A stretch of DNA of 64,000 nt from a virus (lineage: Duplodnaviria; Caudoviricetes), in IMG/VR virus record IMGVR_UViG_3300021968_000069, positions 7,679 to 71,678 of that record. One strand, written 5' to 3'. The position numbers were made by a program, and so were the translations under genes. Positions 56,101-64,000 of this stretch are shown piece after piece. The notes beneath the pieces are model-generated. The model did not search any database. It saw only the letters and a program-made list of their open reading frames with translations, and was not told the DNA's origin. Within the stretch, counting starts at the first letter, position 1; every line of letters begins with the position of its first letter.

Positions 56101-58043
56101 ATTAATTGTGCCCTGAGTGATATGAGTGTAACATTCTGTGCAACCCATGCCACAGTTAATAAAGTAACCAGTGAAATTATTATTGGAAGGTTGCCGATGA
56201 TCACAATTAATATTGATGAGATGGCACCAAGTATTACCTGGAATGTTTTACTGGCAAAAAAATCAGAGAAGACTTTATTCAGCTTATCCATTTGTGCCGC
56301 CAGGTTGGTATTCTTTTTAGCAAATGCATCAGTGATTGCACCAGTTTCTGTTATGGTTGCACCTGCTCTTTTTATTCTTTCCCTGAATACATCTGCCTTA
56401 CCACCAAGTGTTGCAATGATCGTGGTTACACGACCAGCATCAAGCCCAGCATCTGCAAGCGTTTTTGCAAACTCTTCCACATCACCTTTACCTGCCACTA
56501 ATCCTTCAGATACTTTTAATAATGCTTCGATCGGGCTTTCAGTAAGAAGCGTTTTAAATTCATCATTGGCAATGCCTGCTATTTTTGCAAACTTCTCAAC
56601 ATCAGTGGCAAGTTTGGGAATGATCTTTACAAGTGTGGTGCTTGATACCTCGGCGCTTTGTTTGAATTCTTCAAAGCCGGCACCAAGACCAAGTATTTCC
56701 GGAAGCGTAACGTTTGATATTTGTTTCAGACCGGCCATCCTTCCTGAGAAATCTGTAAGGAAGGGAACAGATGCCACTGTTTCATTTGCCAATGCACGAA
56801 TGGAGTTACCAATTTTTAAAATACGATCGCCGGTAATTTCTCCATCTTCAAAAAATATATTTATCAGCTTCGCAAATGTTTCTGTGCCCTGCTCAATGGA
56901 TCCAAAGTCTTTACCAAATGCAACTTTTGTTTTATCGATGGCCTCGGTAACAGCAAGAATATTATCTGCTGTTACGCCTGCTTTCAGTGCTACGTTTGCG
57001 ATCTCCTGTAAGCCGATAAGCGATGTACGTGTATCAATATTTTTTAAAGATTCATTCAGCCTGTCTGCTTCATCGGCTGTTTGCCCGAGTTGAATTTGCA
57101 GATCAGTGGTGGCATCAGAAGAAAGTTTTGCATCGGCAATACCTTGTTGGGCTTTACCAATGATGGCGGCAATACCAACAAACTGGAATGCGAATGATGC
57201 CAGTTGTCCCTTCACTGCTTTGAATCCATTGCCAATGGCGGTTGATACCTGGTTGCCTACATCACCGGTGCCGCGGAGATCCGTTTTTAACCGCGAAAGT
57301 TCAGTATCCAATTTTATAACTTCATTGCGGTTCTCGATCATCTGCAGTTCTATACTCTCTGTTGATTTACCGGCTGCTTTTGTTTCTAAAAGTTCTTTTT
57401 GTAATGTATTAAATGCTGTATTTAAACTATTCAAATGTTGCTCTGACCGGGTAACTTGCCCGGCAACCAGGTCATCCAATCCCATTCTTTTAAATGCCTG
57501 CACGATGCCGGTTGTATATTCTCCAACCAGTGTTGAATCTTTTGCAAACTGCCTTCTGAATTCCTGCTCGGCGGCTGTGAGTTGTTTTAATTTAGCAACG
57601 GCCTGGTCAATAGATAATGATTCTCCCTGGAAGTTTATTAATGCAGTTCCTTTTTGATTTTTTGTAATAAGCAGTTGATTGAGTTCTCTTATTTGCTGAC
57701 GGATCCTTACAATAGATCCTTCTTCGGTAAGGTTGCCATCAATTTTTGCTTTTTGTAAACGGAGTTCTTCCGCTCTTGCAATGTTGCCAGCCTTTTGTTC
57801 ATTGATCATCTGCTGCCTTTCCACCCGTAGTTGCTGTTCCTGGATCTTTAACTTAGCAATTTCATCGGTGAATTTTTTTATCTCGGCTGTATCGTTGGTG
57901 TTTAATATTTTTCCTTCCGCAGCTTTCTTTGCATTCTTGATATCAACAAAACCTTTTTCAATAGCAGTAAGCTGCTTATCCACTGTATCGAAACCGAGAG
58001 TGGAGAGTTTATATATTTTGGTTACTTGTCCTTGTGTTGCCAT
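53124..58043 (-). CDS. Tape measure protein
   Basis: 1639 aa, coiled-coil, central hydrophobic block, FAKG/FASGG motifs near the C-terminus. Confidence 0.9.
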   Translation of the reverse strand: MATQGQVTKIYKLSTLGFDTVDKQLTAIEKGFVDIKNAKKAAEGKILNTNDTAEIKKFTDEIAKLKIQEQQLRVERQQMINEQKAGNIARAEELRLQKAKIDGNLTEEGSIVRIRQQIRELNQLLITKNQKGTALINFQGESLSIDQAVAKLKQLTAAEQEFRRQFAKDSTLVGEYTTGIVQAFKRMGLDDLVAGQVTRSEQHLNSLNTAFNTLQKELLETKAAGKSTESIELQMIENRNEVIKLDTELSRLKTDLRGTGDVGNQVSTAIGNGFKAVKGQLASFAFQFVGIAAIIGKAQQGIADAKLSSDATTDLQIQLGQTADEADRLNESLKNIDTRTSLIGLQEIANVALKAGVTADNILAVTEAIDKTKVAFGKDFGSIEQGTETFAKLINIFFEDGEITGDRILKIGNSIRALANETVASVPFLTDFSGRMAGLKQISNVTLPEILGLGAGFEEFKQSAEVSSTTLVKIIPKLATDVEKFAKIAGIANDEFKTLLTESPIEALLKVSEGLVAGKGDVEEFAKTLADAGLDAGRVTTIIATLGGKADVFRERIKRAGATITETGAITDAFAKKNTNLAAQMDKLNKVFSDFFASKTFQVILGAISSILIVIIGNLPIIISLVTLLTVAWVAQNVTLISLRAQLILYNLGIGANLILLNLLRVAQLAYNVALFLLNGVLQVVTASLRVFGITLTATTGPLGIILTIVALLGTAFLGLSKAMGRTEEAITDNIRRMRALTAVNNEAVKSYADQISKIDSWVAIIKSAATSADTKRKAVDELIKTNARFSSVMKDNVIDLKELEKAYGDVTAAIKLNARAQASAKLTAEAKTKIDEISLVRQIIESGAAVNNGAVDLDKFTDAQVQQLFNIPGVKRAAAAPRGELKQIKRDASTDKVTEGQVLIGTARFDFPKLLDALNKEEELRVKNFQAFVDIQEKSDKLVDKFLESGAGAKQAFEVDISKLKEDIANLDKEIDKFQGTQAELKKKIAERSQLQKKLDSLLGKKEQAGSDRGSRLTGEQKDDFKDIEALRDKQLADIKIRFQQQQIEEENYLLTVLRINREAIDAKLKLLKGANAEERKQIAELNLEKITNEQDTNNKIFDLRSKTLKKQLEQDIANIRLEAAVVEQDPTASATARAQAKLDSDNKILALQEQFNTDIDKLEKQLAQNSLTNTKESADDIRKTKEQILADQKAIAASRLTDIADAGEKQRSEIIANYEKLRQAILNNDKLTASQRQKALEKLAKIHNKTIVSSELAQLVIEFEEIKKQYEKGLVSEKLFLEKKAELEKKKSDLGEVNIDLSAVGIDLPSSGETQKLLSERLAKAFGFADQSAEAQLLGETISQTFSLAADAMNSYFDAERDRINENLQLQLDRLELEKKQVESRAQSQEELEAIDKEFAARKRKAEREAGEQLKKSKKAEAKIALATELANIAASAAANPANAFTFGAAGAIMYGILAALALGRYALRTAEINREKFAKGEHLTKRGGQAIGRSHAQGGIPFNYEAENQELFIINKRSAIDNRVRTFTGTNKQIASMINEIGGGKSFAKGAKQAKFASGGVIGDILQPPVLIPGGSTLINNGGGITKDDLNEFKDAIIERTEATDRRIDRLQVEQVTSSVTNAQKKQVKQSNIGTL

Positions 58044-58054
58044 AGAATATTAAT

Positions 58055-59596
58055 TTATAGTTTTACCCATGCGCCGTTTTCATAACAGTGTATTCCTATT
58101 GCAGCAAATGTTCCATTTGTGGAATCAACAAAGACCAGCATTCCTTCGGCTGGTGTAATAGCACTTGCGGCTGTTGCTGTTATTGGTCTTAACTTAACTG
58201 AACCATTCCCCGCTAATGTTAATAGATCAACTGTTGCAGCATTAAATACCCCATTTAATATCATTGATGATTCTCTTGAAGCATGGGTGGCCACTGCCCA
58301 TTTTGAAATTATTTGATTAGCAAGAATATCATTAGTTGTTGTAGTTGCAAGTTTATAATCAATAGATGCCCCTATACCATTTGCTCCATTTCCCGTAGTT
58401 TGTCTCAATAATTCAATCATAGTTGCCACTGAACTATTTGAAGCATTGGTAGTAAGCCCGGCTAATGCACTACCTGATGTACTAAATCCTTGTACACCAT
58501 ACCCGGTTGAGCTATTACCCCTTACTCCCACACCACTTGTTGATGCGGTGGCATATACTCCATACCCTGTACTAGGTCCCTCTGCATTTAAGGCAATTCC
58601 ATTTCCATTAGATTGTGCTAAAACACCATATCCTGTTGATCCATTAGAACCAATTACACCAGCCGAAGACCCGCCAAGAGTTGATGTTGTAGTACCATAT
58701 ACGCCAAAATTTACATTTGTTCCACCCGTGGCAATTCCATAAACACCAACATTGCTGGAAGAACCACCTGCATGTGTATTAGATGAAAATATACCCCATG
58801 TTGTTTGACCTGATGCACTGTTTGTTCCACTTAATGAAACATTTATTCCTTTCTGAAGATTACTTGCTGCTGCTGTGGAAGTGGAAGTGATGCTAAATGC
58901 GGAAGAACCTGCAAGAGAGTTGGCTGTTATATTAAGTGTTTTATCTGCTGCTGTTAGGTACCTGTCACTAAGTAAAGTGGCAGGAGTTCCTACGGGACCA
59001 AATAATTGAACATTAGTTGCTGTTGACATCGATAACCCATTATCAGCCGTTACACTTCCGCCACCAGTTGCAACCTCGATTAAATTTCCACCTGCATCAA
59101 CAGCAAGATTAAATAATGCTGTGCCAGAATGATTGCCATATCCATAACCGGGTAAAACAATTCCTTCAGGGGCCTGTAGTTTAATCTTATTAGTAGTATC
59201 ATCAATTTCAAGATAGGTATAGGAAAGACCGCTATCACTTCCCGGTACCGGTACTGCTCCCAATTGATACAATCCGTTTGCAGGATCTACCAGGAATTGA
59301 TTGTTGCCCTGCTGAGTAATTGCAAAACTATATGCTCCTGCAAGGTTGAAGCTCCTGTTCTCAGTAGCAGTATCATCTTCACCGGCCACACCAAATCTTT
59401 CTGCAGATCCGGTATCTGGTCCTGTATCAACATCGGATGGTGTTTCTATTGGGAAACCCGTTGGTGCTGGTGATGATCCGATCTCTTCTTCCACCACGCC
59501 AAATGATGCACGAAGATCTGATGACAAGCCCAGCAGCCTGGCATACTGTATGTCAAACTTATCATTGCTTTTATCTGGATATATATTATCAGGCAT
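58055..59596 (-). CDS. Tail fibre/spike-like protein
   Basis: GVYG/GVxG beta-solenoid-type repeats; C-terminal YENGAWVKL. Confidence 0.6.
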   Translation of the reverse strand: MPDNIYPDKSNDKFDIQYARLLGLSSDLRASFGVVEEEIGSSPAPTGFPIETPSDVDTGPDTGSAERFGVAGEDDTATENRSFNLAGAYSFAITQQGNNQFLVDPANGLYQLGAVPVPGSDSGLSYTYLEIDDTTNKIKLQAPEGIVLPGYGYGNHSGTALFNLAVDAGGNLIEVATGGGSVTADNGLSMSTATNVQLFGPVGTPATLLSDRYLTAADKTLNITANSLAGSSAFSITSTSTAAASNLQKGINVSLSGTNSASGQTTWGIFSSNTHAGGSSSNVGVYGIATGGTNVNFGVYGTTTSTLGGSSAGVIGSNGSTGYGVLAQSNGNGIALNAEGPSTGYGVYATASTSGVGVRGNSSTGYGVQGFSTSGSALAGLTTNASNSSVATMIELLRQTTGNGANGIGASIDYKLATTTTNDILANQIISKWAVATHASRESSMILNGVFNAATVDLLTLAGNGSVKLRPITATAASAITPAEGMLVFVDSTNGTFAAIGIHCYENGAWVKL

Positions 59597-61811
59597 TGGT
59601 GATCGGGCTCCATTTTCGTAAAAGACATTGTGTTGATTCTTCTTTCAATGGTTTGTAATCGTTTATTTCCACCAGCTCCCACCGCTGGCCATGCCAAATG
59701 ATATGCTCCCTATGCAGGAAATTGGTAGCGTCCATATTATTTAACTTGAACCAGGTTGTCTCGTATTCACCATTGCGCATAATAGCAAGACGCTGGTGAT
59801 AAAATCTTCTTACCAATCCCTTACCAATTACAGGTGATGGATCAGGACCGATGGATTCATCTGCATAAGATAAAATGGGATCATCTTCGCCACCCGGCCT
59901 GTAGTTCACCGCAAACATGAAAGGAAATGTTGACCGGATCTCGCCATCGAATATCCAGCCCACATTTGAAATAAGTCCTTTGTAGTAGGCACTCTTTGGC
60001 TCAAAAGTATTTTGTGCTTCATCACGGGATGTGTTGGATATGTTCTCCGGTATCAGTGTCATCATTTGCGGGTAATCGTCTGCATCGCTGCCAAAGCCGG
60101 TCCACTGCTTTACATCATAATGCATGACAGCAGAGAAGAAACGATTCACAATTTCTTTCTTACCTGCTTTGAAGCGATCGGGAAAAACATATTTACCAAC
60201 AGCCAGTTTATTAAGATTGCGGTCCTGTACAGTTTTTAATACGCCATCGTTATTGTCTTGTTTATAGGTGAAATAAAGTTCACGTTCCGACTCACTGAAA
60301 AGATCCATCCTTGAATCTTTGGATATATCCTGTTTCTCTTCCCAATCAAGTGAAGCGCCGTTAAAATATCCTCCTGTCTTTACCGAGAAATCATTAGTGA
60401 GTGAGTAAGGGTGCGACGGCTCCATGTACACAACCTTGTTGATAGGATCTGTTTGTATTTGAATATTGAATTCATCTACAACGCCACCAAGAAATTCAAG
60501 GAACTTATGCTTTTTAAAACCAGTATAGTTTGCAAAATCTATCAATCCCCCCAATGGTATGCGGAAATAATCCAATTCAAATGCATCGATGCGGCCGTGA
60601 ATGCGGGCAATGCCAAGGCTGCTCTTTCTTGTATGCAGGTAAACTTTTGCAGTTATGGTATCTCCAGGGTCCACCACTGCAGAAAAGAAATCTTCTATGG
60701 GTCCGGTGAAATCACGACGGCCGATAACAGGTGCATCAAGCTCTAACAAAAGAGTTCCGTTACCATTATCGCTGACATCATTTATAATTCTTACTCCGTT
60801 TTTAAACCATTGTATGCGGAGCTCTACAACACTGTTAGCAGTAGCAACAGCCGTTACAAATATGTTGAATGAAAAATGAGCTTCTAATGCTCCATAGTTA
60901 AATGCCGGCAGGTAGGTCCATGTCATATCCGGATTGGAGTAACTATAAACTCCATTGTTATCAAAGGCGCCATCGATCGTATCGTTACTGGCCATTACAT
61001 CCCAGTAGCCGGTGAAATCAACATTTAGCTTATCAACCGTCTGCGTTCCTTTGGCAAGGAAATCGAGAGTGTTTAACCTGGTACCTTCCGAGAAAAGAAA
61101 ATTTCCCCATGTCCATGGCATAACTTGCCTGCGGAAATATTCAGTATCCAGGAAATCAGATTGTACTTTATAACCAAGCGATTTGAATGCACGTTGAATG
61201 ATCCAGTACTTTGATAATGCAGGCCGCATGTATTCCGGCTTCATGTTTCGGTCCCGTTGCGGATCCCCAACGGATGGAAAATAATCATCCATCGGCTGGC
61301 CATAGCGTACTGGTGCAAACACAAAAGGAAGATCTTCATCAGTACCATCATACTGCCAGCTGTCAATGATCTTTTGTTTGGTAAATGCAAACTGGATGTC
61401 TTTTAAAAAATCAAACAGCGTTGATTCTTTCATGTCAATGATCCAGTCGGCATTGTTACCATAAAAATTAAACTTGTATTCTTTAGGAAACCTGTTGTGT
61501 GTTGCTGATTCTAAAAATGCTTTACCGATCAGCAGCTCATACCCGTTGGCTTCGATATATGCATTGCGGTTGCTGCGGAATATTTCCCCGGTTGTCATAT
61601 CCACCACATCGGGATTTCCAAAAGCATTAGCGATCCTTTGATTGTTGGTAGTTGCAGGAACGACGATATCAAATGCTTCGCTTGATTTTTTTCTTTGAAA
61701 CTCTTCAGGGTCCTCCAACTTGTAACTAATGGAAAGAGGAAGATCTTCCAGTGAGGGAAGATCCAGTTGCTGATCATCTATTGCAAGGCGTATATATTTT
61801 GCGAGTGGCAT
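59589..61811 (-). CDS. Tail (hub/baseplate-like) protein
   Basis: 740 aa; S..F.VPATTNN, FNIQIQTD...VYMEP pattern; tail module. Confidence 0.6.
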   Translation of the reverse strand: MPLAKYIRLAIDDQQLDLPSLEDLPLSISYKLEDPEEFQRKKSSEAFDIVVPATTNNQRIANAFGNPDVVDMTTGEIFRSNRNAYIEANGYELLIGKAFLESATHNRFPKEYKFNFYGNNADWIIDMKESTLFDFLKDIQFAFTKQKIIDSWQYDGTDEDLPFVFAPVRYGQPMDDYFPSVGDPQRDRNMKPEYMRPALSKYWIIQRAFKSLGYKVQSDFLDTEYFRRQVMPWTWGNFLFSEGTRLNTLDFLAKGTQTVDKLNVDFTGYWDVMASNDTIDGAFDNNGVYSYSNPDMTWTYLPAFNYGALEAHFSFNIFVTAVATANSVVELRIQWFKNGVRIINDVSDNGNGTLLLELDAPVIGRRDFTGPIEDFFSAVVDPGDTITAKVYLHTRKSSLGIARIHGRIDAFELDYFRIPLGGLIDFANYTGFKKHKFLEFLGGVVDEFNIQIQTDPINKVVYMEPSHPYSLTNDFSVKTGGYFNGASLDWEEKQDISKDSRMDLFSESERELYFTYKQDNNDGVLKTVQDRNLNKLAVGKYVFPDRFKAGKKEIVNRFFSAVMHYDVKQWTGFGSDADDYPQMMTLIPENISNTSRDEAQNTFEPKSAYYKGLISNVGWIFDGEIRSTFPFMFAVNYRPGGEDDPILSYADESIGPDPSPVIGKGLVRRFYHQRLAIMRNGEYETTWFKLNNMDATNFLHREHIIWHGQRWELVEINDYKPLKEESTQCLLRKWSPITNA

Positions 61812-61814
61812 TTA

Positions 61815-62015
61815 TTAATTTGATCGCTTAAAGTGTGATTCTATTTTTATACATATTGCATGAACTTTACTTACTTGATCATCCTTACACTCTATTTTAA
61901 TGGATGTAGTTTCTTCAACAAATGGAAATAATTCATATTTATACCCTTCCCTATCAAGTTCTTTTTTGAATCTTTCCAACTTATAATTATCACAAACAAT
62001 TGCAACCTTTTTCAT
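61815..62015 (-). CDS. Small hypothetical protein
   Basis: ORF track. Confidence 0.55.
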   Translation of the reverse strand: MKKVAIVCDNYKLERFKKELDREGYKYELFPFVEETTSIKIECKDDQVSKVHAICIKIESHFKRSN

Positions 62016-62515
62016 GAGCCGACTAATTCATTTGTTCCTTTCCAAACAAATTCTCCTACTGGCAAATGTTTATTGCATCCACAACAGAAAGTAGCGCCAT
62101 AGAATTTTGGATCTCTTGCATATGTTTCTGACAATGCTTGGCCCATCTTGGTAACCGTCCAACAACCACCAGCATATTCTTTTCTATCTCTCATTGCATC
62201 GACTTCATCTTGTGTCAAGAATTTACCAGTCAACGGACTTCTATCGGCAGGATATTTTAAAAAAGCGGCATATCCATTTTCTTTTGTGTAGTTTGTTTTA
62301 CAATAATCACTCATATCAGCAACAGCAATTTCAAGTGGTATAATTTCCCCAGTCTCTACCTTTCTACCTTGATGAATATATGAATCCCGGTATGGTCTTA
62401 CAAAACCTTTTGCTCGTTCTTCATCAGACAGTACAAGGTAAATATCATGCTGCCCGGTTACATTCTTTTGAGCTTCTTTAAGCCTTGGATCATTGGGATC
62501 TGTTGTTAGTGACAT
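62012..62515 (-). CDS. Putative Zn-binding hypothetical phage protein
   Basis: LSDEERAKGFVRP...ETYARDPKFYGATFCCGC..H. Confidence 0.65.
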   Translation of the reverse strand: MSLTTDPNDPRLKEAQKNVTGQHDIYLVLSDEERAKGFVRPYRDSYIHQGRKVETGEIIPLEIAVADMSDYCKTNYTKENGYAAFLKYPADRSPLTGKFLTQDEVDAMRDRKEYAGGCWTVTKMGQALSETYARDPKFYGATFCCGCNKHLPVGEFVWKGTNELVGS

Positions 62516-62520
62516 ATATT

Positions 62521-63096
62521 TTAATTTCTAATTACAAACTTCTCATGGCTCAGGCTGAATTCCAGCGTTAGTTCATAAATGAACCGGTCATTCTCTTTTA
62601 TCTTTTCAAATTTTTTATCCAGGATAACGATCGGGATAAAATTATCATCCTGCCCCTGCGTTCCTTCCCATTGTATCCATGCTATTGGTGAATCGAGGAT
62701 CTCATCGAGCCATTGCTTGTCTTCTTCGCTATATTCATTATTACTTACTTTGTAAGTATCATTGCTCTTTACATTGAAGCGGCCGATCCCATGCTCTGGT
62801 TTTTCTAAAGGATATTGGAGCGGCTTTTCAAAGTCAGATGATTTTGATTCATGTTCCTGCGTTAGTAATTTAAAATTGATGGCATCGATGGCGCCAAGGC
62901 CATTTAAAAAGTTTACTCGTATTCGTTCCTCATCACAGCATCCGCAGCACTGTATATTCATAGGAGAAGTGGCGATCACATCACCATTGTTGTCTTTTAC
63001 TTCCACATAATATTTAGCTACATTATTAAAGTCCACAAGGGGAAATAATGTTTCCAGGTTCTTTGGTCCGTTCGGTATATAATATGCTTTAGCCAT
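62521..63096 (-). CDS. Putative tail protein
   Basis: FLNGLGAID..NF, WL.EILDSP; tail module. Confidence 0.55.
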   Translation of the reverse strand: MAKAYYIPNGPKNLETLFPLVDFNNVAKYYVEVKDNNGDVIATSPMNIQCCGCCDEERIRVNFLNGLGAIDAINFKLLTQEHESKSSDFEKPLQYPLEKPEHGIGRFNVKSNDTYKVSNNEYSEEDKQWLDEILDSPIAWIQWEGTQGQDDNFIPIVILDKKFEKIKENDRFIYELTLEFSLSHEKFVIRN

Positions 63097-63105
63097 GGTT
63101 TTAAT

Positions 63106-63999
63106 TTAAGATCCGGTACAAACTATTGCTACGTCTACAGCATCACTTTGTAAATTATCAGGGTCCGCAGGACCAGCTTCAAGCCTTAAAGTGTATGAAT
63201 GCCCTGCTACCGGTTCAAATGTTATAGTGCCCAATGTTGCCGTGTTAAGTGGCGGCGCTCCCCATGGTCCACCATAGTTTGCAAAGCCTCTCCATCCTGT
63301 TGTTTCAAGTACATTACCGTTATCATAAAGAGTGATCCTGTTGGGTCTTTCATGTACATCCCAGTTAAGGTTCACTTCGTCGGCGCCTTCCACGTCTAAA
63401 GCGAATACACCAAGTTGTGTAAATTCATAAGAAGGAGTGCTGGCGCTGATCGTATCACCGCAACCGTATGTAACCAGGTTCACATTGATGGTATCTGATA
63501 CATCAACATCATTTGCAGCGCTGCAATTTGATACAGTGAAACTGACAGTTATCCCGGTGCCTGCATTTGCTATTGCTGGTGTTCCTCCAACATGAATGGT
63601 GCTGCCAATAACTTCAATGGTCATCCAGGAAGGCTTTACCACATCGCTTAGACTAAATGGTGCAGTGCCGAGTAATGTAATATCGAAATCATATTCTTCA
63701 TCTACTTCTGCATCAGGAAATGTTGGGGCACCGCCACTAATGCTTACCGGTGTGCAGGATGATGCAGCAACAACATCTATTGTATCATCAAAGCTTACAT
63801 CTCCGCCCCAAGTTCCGCTACTGCTTGGACTACCGGATCCATGACCGGCACAATTCTGTATATCGAAACCAACGGCGATATCGGTACCAACATCTCCACC
63901 TGTTGGTGTACCGGAAAAGCTTACCGTAGTGCCACTGATCGATATTGTCATCCATGCTGGTTTCACTACACTGCCAAGCTCGAATGGTCCTGTGCCCGC
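63106..63999 (-). CDS. Ig-like repeat tail protein (5'-truncated by the window end)
   Basis: Repeated GT.PF....VVKP.WMTI...GTP units; frame stays open to the window edge. Confidence 0.7.
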   Translation of the reverse strand, partial: AGTGPFELGSVVKPAWMTISISGTTVSFSGTPTGGDVGTDIAVGFDIQNCAGHGSGSPSSSGTWGGDVSFDDTIDVVAASSCTPVSISGGAPTFPDAEVDEEYDFDITLLGTAPFSLSDVVKPSWMTIEVIGSTIHVGGTPAIANAGTGITVSFTVSNCSAANDVDVSDTINVNLVTYGCGDTISASTPSYEFTQLGVFALDVEGADEVNLNWDVHERPNRITLYDNGNVLETTGWRGFANYGGPWGAPPLNTATLGTITFEPVAGHSYTLRLEAGPADPDNLQSDAVDVAIVCTGS

Positions 64000-64000
64000 C

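Larger units (their letters stand above)
1..64000. mobile_element. Temperate phage genome (siphovirus-like, Bacteroidota host), partial
   Basis: Contiguous replication, immunity, integrase, lysis, head, tape-measure and tail modules; no host housekeeping genes seen. Confidence 0.93.

Noticed and set aside
53131-57657. Long plus-strand ORFs (up to 323 aa) inside the tape measure gene
   Set aside because: Antisense shadows with no motifs or initiation context
58055-64000. Remote DGR VR in a tail fibre gene
   Set aside because: No TR-like 75-mer seen by eye; genes beyond the window edge cannot be assessed

Overview
The whole window reads as one temperate siphovirus-like phage genome (at least 64 kb) of a Bacteroidota host. 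The host call rests on TAnnTTTG/TTTG promoters, lipoboxes, signal peptides that cleave before Gln, and a DUF4373-type initiator. The integrase sits mid-window beside an apparently intact attP whose core looks like a tRNA 3' end, so this is probably the excised or virion form. No terminase is visible; it presumably lies outside the window. Layout: leftward early/replication operon (1-19.8 kb, minus); cI-like repressor, two lipoproteins, an HTH gene, attP and integrase (plus); then a long minus-strand late region holding a 16-gene glycan-modification operon, the lysis cassette, two lipoprotein proteases, appendage genes, head genes, tape measure and tail genes. Best-supported highlights: (1) a diversity-generating retroelement (RT + TR) whose two tandem VRs each differ from TR at 16 positions, all TR adenines; its targets are small, apparently cytoplasmic early proteins rather than tail fibres, and no avd is recognisable; (2) an 11-kb translationally coupled operon of soluble glycosyltransferases, methyltransferases and sugar-nucleotide enzymes with no exporter, next to a late appendage protein with about 26 Ser/Thr-rich repeats, suggesting virion glycosylation; (3) a 61-nt tRNA-like element with a collapsed anticodon arm behind an 87-nt structured RNA. 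All product calls come from motif recognition by eye; no database search was run.
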